Assembly: GCA_048938855.1 (NCBI GenBank)
Contig: JBHLLT010000003.1
Location: 64,001 to 128,000 of the forward strand
Reading direction: 5' to 3'
Source of the DNA: Promethearchaeota archaeon
Lineage (GTDB): Archaea; Asgardarchaeota; Lokiarchaeia; Sigyniarchaeales; SOKP01
DNA: 64,000 bases
Under the pieces are notes generated by a model. It did not search any database and had not been told where the DNA came from. It saw only the letters and a program-made list of their open reading frames with translations. Shown in pieces: positions 50,119 to 59,854 of this stretch; position 1 is the stretch's first letter, and the number at the start of each line of letters is the position of its first letter. A program made the position numbers and the translations under genes.

Positions 50119-50649
50119 TCATTCCCCAAAGGTATTTTTTACAATTAGTCGTGTTAGTTGAGTAAATGCTTCTTGAATGTTTTCACCAGTTTTCGCTGAA
50201 CTTTCAAGATAGGAATAATCTAATTTCTCAACAAAATGATTAATCTCATTTTGGTCGAAAGATTCACCAATTTTGGGTACCAAATCCGATTTATTCCCCA
50301 GAATCACGATTGGAACTTTTTCTTCAATTATCACGTTTAAATCAGAGATCCATTCTTTCATTTTTGAAAATGTCTGTGGTCTTGAAAGATCAAATACCAC
50401 TAATGCCCCATAAGTACCCTCATAAAAATTTCTACGTAATATTTTAAAACGTTTTTGTCCTCCAATATCCCATATTGTGAGCAGAGCAAACGAGTCTTTC
50501 TCAAACTCTACTAATTTAGAATTGATTTCCACCCCAATTGTGAACATATAATCGAAGGAAAACTCATTTTTAACAAATCTACGAATGATTGAGGACTTTC
50601 CAACTCCTCCAGGTCCAATTACTATAATTTTTAGTACATATTCATACAT
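50119..50649 (-). CDS. Rab-like small GTPase
   Basis: GPGGVGKS, TIGVE, WDIGGQ, GNKSD and ESSAK motifs. Confidence 0.92.
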   Translation of the reverse strand: MYEYVLKIIVIGPGGVGKSSIIRRFVKNEFSFDYMFTIGVEINSKLVEFEKDSFALLTIWDIGGQKRFKILRRNFYEGTYGALVVFDLSRPQTFSKMKEWISDLNVIIEEKVPIVILGNKSDLVPKIGESFDQNEINHFVEKLDYSYLESSAKTGENIQEAFTQLTRLIVKNTFGE

Positions 50650-50801
50650 ATATGGTATTCAAGCTTACATTATTTGTTCTTATAGTAATATTTAGAGATA
50701 TTATGCTAAATTTGTGGGATAGTTCCTAATTAAATTGCAGTTAATAAAAACATTTATAAATATATTAAATTCTGATACAAGAGAACAAATTATGAATATA
50801 T

Positions 50802-51332
50802 TTACTCCTTAAATGAATTTTCAACTATCATTTTAGTAAGTTCAACAAAAGCACTTTGAACATTATCACCCGATTTTGCAGATGTTTCAATATAAATACT
50901 TCCAATCTTATCAGCATAATCTTTAGGTTCGTTTCTATCAATTACTTCACCAATTTCAGAAATCAGATCTAGCTTATTTCCAAGAATTACAAGAGGAACT
51001 TTTTCTTCTATCAACTCATTCATGTCAGAGACCCATTCTTTCATTTTTGAATAAGTCTGGACTCTTGTAAGATCAAACACCACTACTGCTCCATGAGTTC
51101 CTATATAAAAATTTCGACGTAGATTTTTAAACCGATCTTGACCGCCTATATCCCAAATGGTTAATCTTGCTTTCTTGTCTGAATCATATTCTATAATCTT
51201 AGTTGAGAAATCTACACCAATTGTGAACTGATAATGTAAGGTAAATTTATCCTCACTAAATCTACGGATGAGACTGGACTTTCCTACGGCTGCTGGGCCA
51301 ATAACAATGATTTTAAATGAAAGCTCTACCAT
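50802..51332 (-). CDS. Rab-like small GTPase
   Basis: GPAAVGKS, TIGVDF, WDIGGQ, GNKLD and ETSAK motifs. Confidence 0.92.
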   Translation of the reverse strand: MVELSFKIIVIGPAAVGKSSLIRRFSEDKFTLHYQFTIGVDFSTKIIEYDSDKKARLTIWDIGGQDRFKNLRRNFYIGTHGAVVVFDLTRVQTYSKMKEWVSDMNELIEEKVPLVILGNKLDLISEIGEVIDRNEPKDYADKIGSIYIETSAKSGDNVQSAFVELTKMIVENSFKE

Positions 51333-51397
51333 TTTATAGGTTTTTTAGGGTTATTGATATATAACAAAGTTAAAGAAATTCATGAATTTATATAATT

Positions 51398-52210
51398 TCA
51401 TTCTCTTACAAGATTATATTTTCTACCATATTTCTTAAAAAACTTAGTTCCCCCTCCTTCTTGTAAGATTTTGATTGTAGCTTCTGAATTAAAAATCTCC
51501 ATACCTCCAACAACATCTATTCCATAATCAAAAAGGATATCAGGAATCATACTAGCAGTAGGACCAATTAAAATAATTTTTCGAGCTCTTCTCTTAAAAA
51601 ATTCCAAGATAGACTCAAGTGTATTATTTATTAAAGTAGTTCCGGTACAAAATAATACATCAGTATATATATTTTCATCTTTTAATTGAGTTATATCATG
51701 CATTAAATTGAATTCATTAAACTCTGTAGAGATTATCGGTGCTTCTTCAATTATTGTTATCTTTTTAGTTATTTTACTAATTTTACGTATCATTGGTTTT
51801 ATCAGGCCAATAAATGTTATTGATGTGTTGTTATTTATTTCTAAGTATTTGGCTAGGTCTTCCTTTAGATTTTTATAGGGATTCAATATACGTAAAATAT
51901 GTTGAGATACTCCATTTAAAGTTGCAATACCTATGATTTTTTTAATGCTAGGAGCTCCAACTGACCAGTTTAGAAGCTCGCTAAGTTTCATATCAGTAAG
52001 ATTACCTGCAAAATCAATTTTAGAACAATCTGCAGAATTAATAATATTATGGTAGGTTGATGCTAATCCCAAAAATGGTTCATAAGCATAACCAGTAACT
52101 TCTACACCGGTATATCCTAATCCAATAACTACTTTTGTAGCTTTAGGAGGTACAATCTTATGGATCTTATAAATCTGCTTGACCAAGTCGACAGTTTTCT
52201 CTAAAATCAT
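51398..52210 (-). CDS. DUF364/DUF4213 family protein
   Basis: VIGLGYTGV, IGIATLN, TGTTLINNT and LIGPTAS motifs. Confidence 0.8.
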   Translation of the reverse strand: MILEKTVDLVKQIYKIHKIVPPKATKVVIGLGYTGVEVTGYAYEPFLGLASTYHNIINSADCSKIDFAGNLTDMKLSELLNWSVGAPSIKKIIGIATLNGVSQHILRILNPYKNLKEDLAKYLEINNNTSITFIGLIKPMIRKISKITKKITIIEEAPIISTEFNEFNLMHDITQLKDENIYTDVLFCTGTTLINNTLESILEFFKRRARKIILIGPTASMIPDILFDYGIDVVGGMEIFNSEATIKILQEGGGTKFFKKYGRKYNLVRE

Positions 52211-52235
52211 ATTATATCTTTAAAGGAGTTTATTA

Positions 52236-52679
52236 TTATATGTCTAATTCATAAATAGTATCACAAAATGGATCCCCTGCTGCCAAAGTTTTAATAATCT
52301 TAAGTTTGACATCATCTCCAACAGCTTCGCGGAAGTATTCATGATCAATGACCATTACTGCCTCACATAATTCCCTTGAAGTATTTTCAAGACCAAATGG
52401 ACATCTTGTGCCACGGATTTGAAACTTTTTATCAGATATCGAAATTATATCTACAAAATTTTGATCAAAACTTTTAGAAAATACTCGAGCAACAGTTGAA
52501 AGGGTATTATTCGGAATTTTCTTTTTAAGTTTAAGGCCTAATGATTTTCCTTGTCTTTTACAAATATCTTTAATTATTGGTAGTGCTTCCTTTCCAAATT
52601 TCTCATAGATAGCTTTGATCAATAAGCCTTGAGCTTCAATTGGACTTGAAGGTAATTTTTCAGTATTGTTTTGACTCAT
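52236..52679 (-). CDS. ATC-hydrolase/V4R-like small-ligand-binding protein
   Basis: CPFG...LCEAV..ID and TLAAGDPFC Cys pattern. Confidence 0.65.
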   Translation of the reverse strand: MSQNNTEKLPSSPIEAQGLLIKAIYEKFGKEALPIIKDICKRQGKSLGLKLKKKIPNNTLSTVARVFSKSFDQNFVDIISISDKKFQIRGTRCPFGLENTSRELCEAVMVIDHEYFREAVGDDVKLKIIKTLAAGDPFCDTIYELDI

Positions 52680-52841
52680 ATTCTAAAAATTATTTATTCC
52701 TAATTATAGAATTAATATTAATCATAGAATAATTAACTACTTACTTCAATTTTCAAAGTCTATATGCTTTTATCCTAAGACTTCTTATTATATATACGAT
52801 TTTATTTATATTAAAATTAGCAAATTCCGGAGTCTTTTAAG

Positions 52842-53225
52842 ATGGAATATATTATCATTGAAAATGAAAAAATTGGACAAGTGAAAGCTAAATTACTGTT
52901 GGATAAAAATCCTAAAACATGTCAAGCTATCTGGGATGCGCTTCCCTTTAAAGTTGAGTTATCAAGATGGGGAGAAGAACTATATGGTGATTGTCCTACT
53001 TCAATTCCCGCAGAAAATTCTCAAATTGAATGTGATATTGGAGATGTTGGTTATTGGATTAGTGGGCAAGGATTCTGTATTTTCTGGGGACCAACTCCTG
53101 CGAGTTCTGGAGACAAACCAGTAGCTGCAAGTCCGGTAAATATTTTTGCGAGAATTGAGGGAGATGCAAAAGCAATATTTAATAAATTTTCCTCATTTCA
53201 AGGAAAAATAAGCAAAGGTGAATAA
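52842..53225 (+). CDS. Cyclophilin-like fold protein (DUF369-like)
   Basis: PKTCQAIWDALP, RWGEELY, GDVGYW and FCIFWGPTP motifs. Confidence 0.85.
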   Translation: MEYIIIENEKIGQVKAKLLLDKNPKTCQAIWDALPFKVELSRWGEELYGDCPTSIPAENSQIECDIGDVGYWISGQGFCIFWGPTPASSGDKPVAASPVNIFARIEGDAKAIFNKFSSFQGKISKGE

Positions 53226-53282
53226 TCACCTAAAAACTACTTTGTATTGTGATTTCATAGAGGTATTACTGGAGATATGACA

Positions 53283-53304
53283 TCGTGAAAGATGGATTTC
53301 ACGA
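53283..53304. terminator. Hairpin between convergent genes
   Basis: TCGTGAAA-GATGGA-TTTCACGA forms a perfect 8-bp stem. Confidence 0.35.
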
Positions 53305-53308
53305 AGAT

Positions 53309-53659
53309 CTAGATTTGTGATAAAGTGGTTCTAAAGTTATCCTCAAGAATCTCACATATCTTTAATAATCCATCAATAGATTCTAAAAATCTCTTTTTCA
53401 CTTTTTCAATTTTTTCAAGTTTTATTAATGAACTCTTTTCACGGATCAATTTCTCTTTTTCAAGTAAATCATTATATTTATTAGGTATTGATTCAACAGT
53501 GGATTTAATTTCGGCAATATCTAGTCGACCATTCTCTAAAGCTAAGAGCCAATGTTTATTGTTTAGCCCTGTTCTTTTGGATATTAATTTTTCTAGCTCG
53601 TCACTAAGTTCCTCTAATTGCCTTATTTTTAACTTAAACGGTTCAAATTGCTTCGACAT
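53309..53659 (-). CDS. Hypothetical helical/coiled-coil protein
   Basis: 116-aa ORF with ATG start, co-oriented with the upstream gene, charged composition. Confidence 0.55.
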   Translation of the reverse strand: MSKQFEPFKLKIRQLEELSDELEKLISKRTGLNNKHWLLALENGRLDIAEIKSTVESIPNKYNDLLEKEKLIREKSSLIKLEKIEKVKKRFLESIDGLLKICEILEDNFRTTLSQI

Positions 53660-53680
53660 ATTAAATTACTATTTTTAATA

Positions 53681-54019
53681 CTAATTTATAATTTTTAATC
53701 GCTTTAGAATTTTAAACGAATATCTTACATATGGATAACTTACCGAACCACTAGCCATCATTCCCATTTTGATTGCTTCAATAATTTCTTTTTTATTTGA
53801 ATTAGCATTTAAACACTCTTTAATATGATATTCTATACATTCTTTACATTTAGAGACAATTGAAACGGCAACCATAGTCAACTCCTTATATTTCTTCGGA
53901 ATATTTCCATCTGCAAAAGCATCATCATCAAGGTTACCAAAATCTTGGAAAAATTTATCTGAATTTTTCATTAAATCCATTAAATATTTTCTTTCTATAT
54001 CAAACTCATTTTTCTCCAT
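53681..54019 (-). CDS. Carboxymuconolactone decarboxylase/AhpD family protein
   Basis: KYKEL..CKECIEYH..EIIEA motif; AGGAG SD. Confidence 0.85.
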   Translation of the reverse strand: MEKNEFDIERKYLMDLMKNSDKFFQDFGNLDDDAFADGNIPKKYKELTMVAVSIVSKCKECIEYHIKECLNANSNKKEIIEAIKMGMMASGSVSYPYVRYSFKILKRLKIIN

Positions 54020-54126
54020 AATTTACTACTCCTTTAAAAGTCCTTTATTTAAAACTTCAAATTTTGGATATTAATTTCTTAATTATTATGAAAGTTTTAT
54101 CTGTATTCAAAATTATTATATTAATT

Positions 54127-54215
54127 AGATGTTCGAAAATGATGATTAATGTGGTTTGAGTAATAATACCCCTTTTTACAATGATAATGGAGCAGAGATC
54201 TGATTTCGAGCATCT
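54127..54215 (+). ncRNA. Box C/D guide sRNA (snoRNA-like)
   Basis: 12-bp terminal stem AGATGTTCGAAA/TTTCGAGCATCT. Box C ATGATGA 54139-54145, D' TTGA 54156-54159, internal GTAA/TTAC stem, C' ATGATAA 54181-54187, box D CTGA 54200-54203. Guides of 10 and 12 nt. Confidence 0.75.
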
Positions 54216-54272
54216 TAAAATAAGTTTTCAATATTTTATTAACCCGTTAATATGTGATATTTCAAGAGTAAA

Positions 54273-54821
54273 ATGAATTATAGGGAAGCTACTATATCAG
54301 ATTTAAAGGGAATAGTTAAAGTCCAAATAGATACTTGGAAAACAACATATAAAGGGATAATATCAGAAGATTATCTTCAAGGACTATCGCGTAAAGATAA
54401 AGAACAAAATTGGAGAGAGCGATTTGAAAATCCCACTCATGGAGCAAAAATTTATGTTGCTGAAACAGAACAGTATAAAATTGTTGGTTTTGCTTTAGCA
54501 ACTCTTGAAAAAAATAATCCTCTCATAATTTTAATCCAACCTGAGAGATATATAGGGGAATTATGCGCAATATATGTTTTAAAAGAATTTCAAGATAAAA
54601 AAATCGGAACGCAATTAATTAAGTTAGTAACTAAATATTTTCTTAAGAATAAAATAAAGAGTATGATTGTTTGGGTATTAAAAGAAAATCCTTACTATCG
54701 ATTTTATGAAAAAATGGGAGGGCAATATGTAGGGGAGCAATCTATCGAAATTGGAGGAAAAAAATATATTGAAAAAGCATACGGATGGGAGGATATAATC
54801 CCTATTCTTTCAAACCAATAA
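54273..54821 (+). CDS. GNAT N-acetyltransferase
   Basis: ELCAIYVL..FQDKKIG and WVLKENP..RFYEKMGG motifs. Confidence 0.9.
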   Translation: MNYREATISDLKGIVKVQIDTWKTTYKGIISEDYLQGLSRKDKEQNWRERFENPTHGAKIYVAETEQYKIVGFALATLEKNNPLIILIQPERYIGELCAIYVLKEFQDKKIGTQLIKLVTKYFLKNKIKSMIVWVLKENPYYRFYEKMGGQYVGEQSIEIGGKKYIEKAYGWEDIIPILSNQ

Positions 54822-54945
54822 AAATTTTTGCAAATATTACAAAAAATAGCTCTATAGTGTGAAAATTTATATACAACTAAGGAGATATTTAGGATAATAT
54901 TTCATCTATATAATAATAAACAAAATTAAGACAGGTAAAAGAGTT

Positions 54946-55908
54946 ATGGAAATTCAATATGGCAAAATGATTTTACATGGAATTCTTTCTGCAATATTTT
55001 ATCTTGTTGTCCCTCTTGTTTTATTTTATTTTCTTGAGTTGTACGGTATAATGACTTTTTCTGATGCCTATAGGATAGGTATTATTGTTTTTGGGATTAT
55101 TGGTGTGGTAATCTCTATTTTAAGACATGCATTTCCCCAAGATACACCAGCAAATCGTTTTATCAGATTTGGAATAACAGTTTATTCTGGAATTTTTCTT
55201 TTCTACATTTTTGGAGGTTTTGAACCGGGAAGGAAACTCGGAACTTATTTTATAGATATCACATATTTACAAGTTTATTTAGGTTTGCAAGTAATAGCTT
55301 GGTTGTTATTAGGTTCAACGATAATTAGAGGTCTACGATATCTAGTAGAGGGTATTGAATTGCATAAAAAGAAGGAATACCGATTAACAGTAAAGAAAGG
55401 TTTTAAAGTCAGTTCAATCTTTAAAGTCTTAGGAATAATTGCAAGCCTAGTTGTAGTAGGGTATTTTGGAAGCATAGTTTTTAGTGGATTAAATCTAAGA
55501 GTAAATCTTCATGGTAGCTTTCCCCCTCCTGTTCATGATGATGGAGGAACTCCTGGAGTTTATGGAGATGATTCCTTTATTATCACAGTTCCATTCGATG
55601 TTACTAACAATGGTTTATATGCTATTTACAATGTAATTTTAAATGCTGAAATTCAAGTGACAACAAGTAGTAATTCTACTTTACTTCCATTTGATACAAT
55701 AATAGGAAGTTCCCCAGTGCCGTATCAAAATACTTTTCATGCATTTACACAGACTTTAAATCAAGAAATTAATGTAAGTATTGATACAGCATATATAGAA
55801 GGATTATTAACCGAGACTGCTAACTTATTATTTAAAATTACCTTTTCCACGCTATATGCATTAATCTTTATTAATATGACTGTTTCATTACCAATTTCTT
55901 GGCCTTAA
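54946..55908 (+). CDS. Hypothetical multi-TM protein with a C-terminal beta-rich extracellular domain
   Basis: Five TM segments, then a PFDVTNNGLYAI beta-sandwich-like region. Confidence 0.6.
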   Translation: MEIQYGKMILHGILSAIFYLVVPLVLFYFLELYGIMTFSDAYRIGIIVFGIIGVVISILRHAFPQDTPANRFIRFGITVYSGIFLFYIFGGFEPGRKLGTYFIDITYLQVYLGLQVIAWLLLGSTIIRGLRYLVEGIELHKKKEYRLTVKKGFKVSSIFKVLGIIASLVVVGYFGSIVFSGLNLRVNLHGSFPPPVHDDGGTPGVYGDDSFIITVPFDVTNNGLYAIYNVILNAEIQVTTSSNSTLLPFDTIIGSSPVPYQNTFHAFTQTLNQEINVSIDTAYIEGLLTETANLLFKITFSTLYALIFINMTVSLPISWP

Positions 55909-56018
55909 ACAAACCTATTTTTTTAATTTTTCTTTTTCTTTTTTCAATTTTCACAACTTGACTAAATCTTCTTTATTTTCTGAAAAAAATCTTAAGTGAA
56001 TAAATTTTATAATTTCAT

Positions 56019-56843
56019 ATGAAAAATTCTAAAACTATAAAACAGTATGCGAAACATCAGTATAAGACAAATGAAAATTTGGAAAAAAGGATAAATCTAT
56101 GGTCATTTGGCACTAACCCCGAATCTCTGGCTGAGTGGATTTTTAGTAAGATTAAACTTAAAGAATATGAGCATATATTAGAGCTTGGATGTGGAACAGG
56201 GCAATTATGGCTTGAGGATGTTAAAAATATTCCTTCAACTTGTTCTATAGTATTATCAGATTTCTCAAAAAATATGCTAAATACTGCAAAAAAAAACTTA
56301 ACCAAGTTAAAACTCCCAATTGAATTCAAACTTATTGACGCAGAGAATATTCCTTATCCAAATCAGAGTTTTGATGTGATTTTGGCGTGTCATATGTTAT
56401 ATCACATTCCAAATTTCGAGAAGGCTTTAACGGAAATAAATCGTGTAATAAAGCATAATGGTAGATTCATTGCAACCACAGTTAGCAGAAATCATATTAA
56501 AGAACTTACAGATTTTCTATCTCAGTTCGATTTAGACATTGAAATAAAGAACGAATATTTTAATGAATTTAGAAATGAAACTGGGAAAGAATTGTTAGAA
56601 CCTTTTTTCAATGAAATTGAGTTATTTGAGTATATTAATCCTGTAATTATTTCCTCTGTAGAGCCTTTAATGAAATATATTGAATCAATGTTTCAAAAAG
56701 ATTATTACCCTAATTTTCATGAAATTAAGCCTGACATCGAAATGGAACTCATAAAAATAATCAAAAAAGGTTCAGTTTTCAAAATGAAAGGGATCTCTGG
56801 ATTATTCCAAGCAAAAAACCCAAAAATACTGAAATCTCTCTAA
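56019..56843 (+). CDS. Class I SAM-dependent methyltransferase
   Basis: ILELGCGTG, SDFS and HMLYH motifs. Confidence 0.88.
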   Translation: MKNSKTIKQYAKHQYKTNENLEKRINLWSFGTNPESLAEWIFSKIKLKEYEHILELGCGTGQLWLEDVKNIPSTCSIVLSDFSKNMLNTAKKNLTKLKLPIEFKLIDAENIPYPNQSFDVILACHMLYHIPNFEKALTEINRVIKHNGRFIATTVSRNHIKELTDFLSQFDLDIEIKNEYFNEFRNETGKELLEPFFNEIELFEYINPVIISSVEPLMKYIESMFQKDYYPNFHEIKPDIEMELIKIIKKGSVFKMKGISGLFQAKNPKILKSL

Positions 56844-57667
56844 ATTTTCTTATAAGCTTTAATTGAGAACATCATAGGAACTGTGAAGTTGAAATTTTCG
56901 AATTCCCAATAGCCATCTTCTCTTTTTTTCATATCTGGGTGAATTCCAAAAAACGTGTACGGAAATTCATGAAGAAATTCAATTTCCAAATTTACGCCTA
57001 ATAAGCTATTAATTATTTCGCTTATAGGATGGTCCCATTGAAAAGATCCCTGATTTTTAAGTTCCGCATTAGGATCTGCATATGCACCTCCTTCATCAAA
57101 ATAGACTGGATTTCCCTCAGAAAAGTAATTAAATCCTACTTTAAAAGGCTTTTGATTCTCATCGATTATAAAACCAAAAGGATGACCATCAATTATATAG
57201 AAAACACCATTAAATTTTAAGCAATTGCTAATAATTTCAGCCCATTTCTCTAAATCGGGTAACCAGCAAATAGTACCATAAGATGTAAAAACAATATCAA
57301 ATTTTTCATTTAAAATATCTGGAATGTCATAGATATTTGCATTGATGAATCTCGCAGTGATACTAAGCTCTTTACTTAATGTTTTTGCTAAATTAATTGC
57401 TTTATCTGAAAAATCTACACCAGTTACTTTAGCACCTAATCTCGCCCAAGAGAGTGTATCCATTCCAAAATGACATTGGAGATGTAAAAGTGACTTACCC
57501 GACACATCTCCTAATTCTTCAAGCTCTATAGGAAATAAGGATGTTTTTCCCGATTTAAAGCCCTCTAAATCATATGATCTTGACTTAGCATTTATATCTA
57601 CTAACTCATTCCATCTTTTTAGATTTGTTTCAAAATATTTATCGTTATTCAAGAATATCACCAACAA
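56840..57667 (-). CDS. Class I SAM-dependent methyltransferase
   Basis: LHLQCHFGMDTLS, GVDFS and FTSYGTICWLPD motifs. Confidence 0.88.
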   Translation of the reverse strand: MLVIFLNNDKYFETNLKRWNELVDINAKSRSYDLEGFKSGKTSLFPIELEELGDVSGKSLLHLQCHFGMDTLSWARLGAKVTGVDFSDKAINLAKTLSKELSITARFINANIYDIPDILNEKFDIVFTSYGTICWLPDLEKWAEIISNCLKFNGVFYIIDGHPFGFIIDENQKPFKVGFNYFSEGNPVYFDEGGAYADPNAELKNQGSFQWDHPISEIINSLLGVNLEIEFLHEFPYTFFGIHPDMKKREDGYWEFENFNFTVPMMFSIKAYKKI

Positions 57668-57705
57668 TATTTTAAATTTAGAACTATTTTCATTAAAAAA
57701 TTGAT

Positions 57706-58140
57706 CTATTTGAATTTATGCATAATTCTGTAAAGCTCTTCTTTATCTTTTGCATTACCAACGATAACGCAATTATCTATCAGAAGATTTTTACAATTTA
57801 ATGAACTATTTTTTCCAATGATGCAATTATCCAATTTCATATTTTCACTAATAATACAATTATCATAAATAATCGAGTTTGAAATTTCTACATAATCATT
57901 TATTTCAACATTTTTTCCAACATATGTATTTGGTCCTAAGAGTACATCGTCTCCGATTTTTACATTGTCTTCGAGATATACAGGTTCTATAAATGTAGGA
58001 TAATCGCCAATATAAGTATCGATTTTACTATGAGTTAATTGAGTTTTTATAAAATTATTCAATAAATCTTGGAGCCGAATTTTGGAATTCAACTCCAAAT
58101 TATCTACAATTTTTTCAATTTCTTTTAACTCTTTTTTCAT
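57706..58140 (-). CDS. Stand-alone left-handed beta-helix (hexapeptide repeat) protein
   Basis: PVYLEDNVKIGDDVLLGPNTYVGKNVEI..NSII..NCII repeats, like NDP-sugar pyrophosphorylase C-termini. Confidence 0.7.
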   Translation of the reverse strand: MKKELKEIEKIVDNLELNSKIRLQDLLNNFIKTQLTHSKIDTYIGDYPTFIEPVYLEDNVKIGDDVLLGPNTYVGKNVEINDYVEISNSIIYDNCIISENMKLDNCIIGKNSSLNCKNLLIDNCVIVGNAKDKEELYRIMHKFK

Positions 58141-58160
58141 TGTTCTTACGCCTAAAATTT

Positions 58161-58877
58161 CTATAATTCTAAAATTTCAATTAATTGATCAATGTTTCTT
58201 CCATCTTTAGCGCTAGTAGTTATTACTTCTATGTTTGGATTAAATTTCTTAGCATCTTTTATCATTTTATCTATATTCGTTCCCAACCTTTCTAAAAGAT
58301 CAATTTTATTTATTATAGCAATATCAGACATCTTAAAAAGCATGGGATGTTTCTCAATTACCCATTCTCCTTCGGTAATCGAAACGACAGTCAATCTTTT
58401 ATCTGTTCCAAGTTTAAAATCAGAAGGACAAATTAAATTACCAACATTTTCTATAAAAATTAAATTATAATCACTTAAATCTTGATTTTTCAGAACTTGA
58501 TGGATATGATATGCATTTAAAGCACATTCTCGCCCCGTGTTAATCTGAACTGTTTTAACATTATTCTTTTCAATTCGATCAGCATCAACTCGAGTAGTTA
58601 TATCACCACAAATAACTAATATCTTATATTTCTTTGATAATTTTTCAGTTAATCTTTCTAAAAGAGCAGTTTTACCTGCTCCAATGGCGCCTACAATGTC
58701 TATAGATTTTATCCCATTGTTATTAAGCTTACTATTTATTTGATTAGCTAGGAAATCATTATCCTTTTCAACTTCTTTCTTTGTTTCTATTACAAAATCT
58801 CTAATTTCCTCTCTTGCTAGATTAATACTCTCAAGTTCTTTAATCCTTTGAATATCTTGCTTTTTTTTATCTGACAT
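58161..58877 (-). CDS. hypB: Hydrogenase nickel-incorporation GTPase HypB
   Basis: GAIGAGKT, INTGRECAL, IENVGNLICP, TEG and NKID motifs. Confidence 0.92.
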   Translation of the reverse strand: MSDKKKQDIQRIKELESINLAREEIRDFVIETKKEVEKDNDFLANQINSKLNNNGIKSIDIVGAIGAGKTALLERLTEKLSKKYKILVICGDITTRVDADRIEKNNVKTVQINTGRECALNAYHIHQVLKNQDLSDYNLIFIENVGNLICPSDFKLGTDKRLTVVSITEGEWVIEKHPMLFKMSDIAIINKIDLLERLGTNIDKMIKDAKKFNPNIEVITTSAKDGRNIDQLIEILEL

Positions 58878-58943
58878 TTCAATAATAATTTAATAATAAA
58901 GGCTTTAAGAATTACTTTTTTAAATTAAAATTCAAAAAAAAAA

Positions 58944-59786
58944 TTATTTGTTACTATAATTGTAAAATCCTTTTCCAGATTTTACTCCTAATTCTCCTTT
59001 ATCAACCACATCTTTAAGCAAATCAGGTGGTTTATCATCCGGAAGACCGCTATTCTTAAAATATGACATTTCGATATCATAAATTACATCTAATCCAATT
59101 CTATCCATAAATTGAAATGGACCATATTTATTTATGATAAAATATTGACAGAAAATTTGCCAAGCTTTATCTACTGTCTCAATATCGGCATAACCACCTG
59201 CCCAAATTTTTAAACAATCTTTTTTAATTGCTCTCCATATTCTATTAAGAACAAAACCATAACATTCTTTTTTAACCTCAAGAGGCACAATTTCAATACT
59301 CTCTATCCATTTCTTCCCTTTCTGGAACGTTTCCTCACTAGTTTTAGTTCCTCGCATGATATCTGCTAGAGGCATGGTGAAAAGATTGTAAAAATGAATA
59401 TTCAATAATTTATCTTTGCGATCAACAACATCTTCCAATTTTGAAACCGGAATGGAAGAGCTATTAGTAGCTAATATAGCATTTAGAGGTGCTGATTTGT
59501 CAATCTGGGCAAAAATTTCTCTCTTTAATTCAAGCTTCTCTGGAATTGCCTCAATGATAAGATCTGTGTTTTTTACGCTATCAGAGAGAATAGAATAACT
59601 TTTTATTTCTATTTTAATGTTTTTCTCGAGAACTTTCTTTTTGATATTCCTAATAAAATCATCCAATCCTTCCGGATTTGCTTCAAATACATTTATATCA
59701 TATCCGTAAAGAGCAGATTTTTCAATAATTTGTTTTCCCATATACCCTGCTCCAATTACAGAAATTGTTTTAATTTTATCAGCCAT
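58944..59786 (-). CDS. 3-hydroxyacyl-CoA dehydrogenase
   Basis: GAGYMG, IEAIPE, ATNSSS, GFVLNR, GPFQFMDRIGLD and LGVKSGKGFY motifs. Confidence 0.9.
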   Translation of the reverse strand: MADKIKTISVIGAGYMGKQIIEKSALYGYDINVFEANPEGLDDFIRNIKKKVLEKNIKIEIKSYSILSDSVKNTDLIIEAIPEKLELKREIFAQIDKSAPLNAILATNSSSIPVSKLEDVVDRKDKLLNIHFYNLFTMPLADIMRGTKTSEETFQKGKKWIESIEIVPLEVKKECYGFVLNRIWRAIKKDCLKIWAGGYADIETVDKAWQIFCQYFIINKYGPFQFMDRIGLDVIYDIEMSYFKNSGLPDDKPPDLLKDVVDKGELGVKSGKGFYNYSNK

Positions 59787-59854
59787 ATACTCACCTATAA
59801 ATCATATAATTGTACTTTTAATAGAGATTATGTCAATTTTTAATAAAAATCTAT

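Noticed and set aside
53271-53310. SECIS-like ATGA...hairpin...GA downstream of the cyclophilin-like gene
   Set aside because: The upstream plus-strand gene has no in-frame UGA and ends in TAA, and the core geometry is imperfect. Kept only as a possible terminator hairpin.
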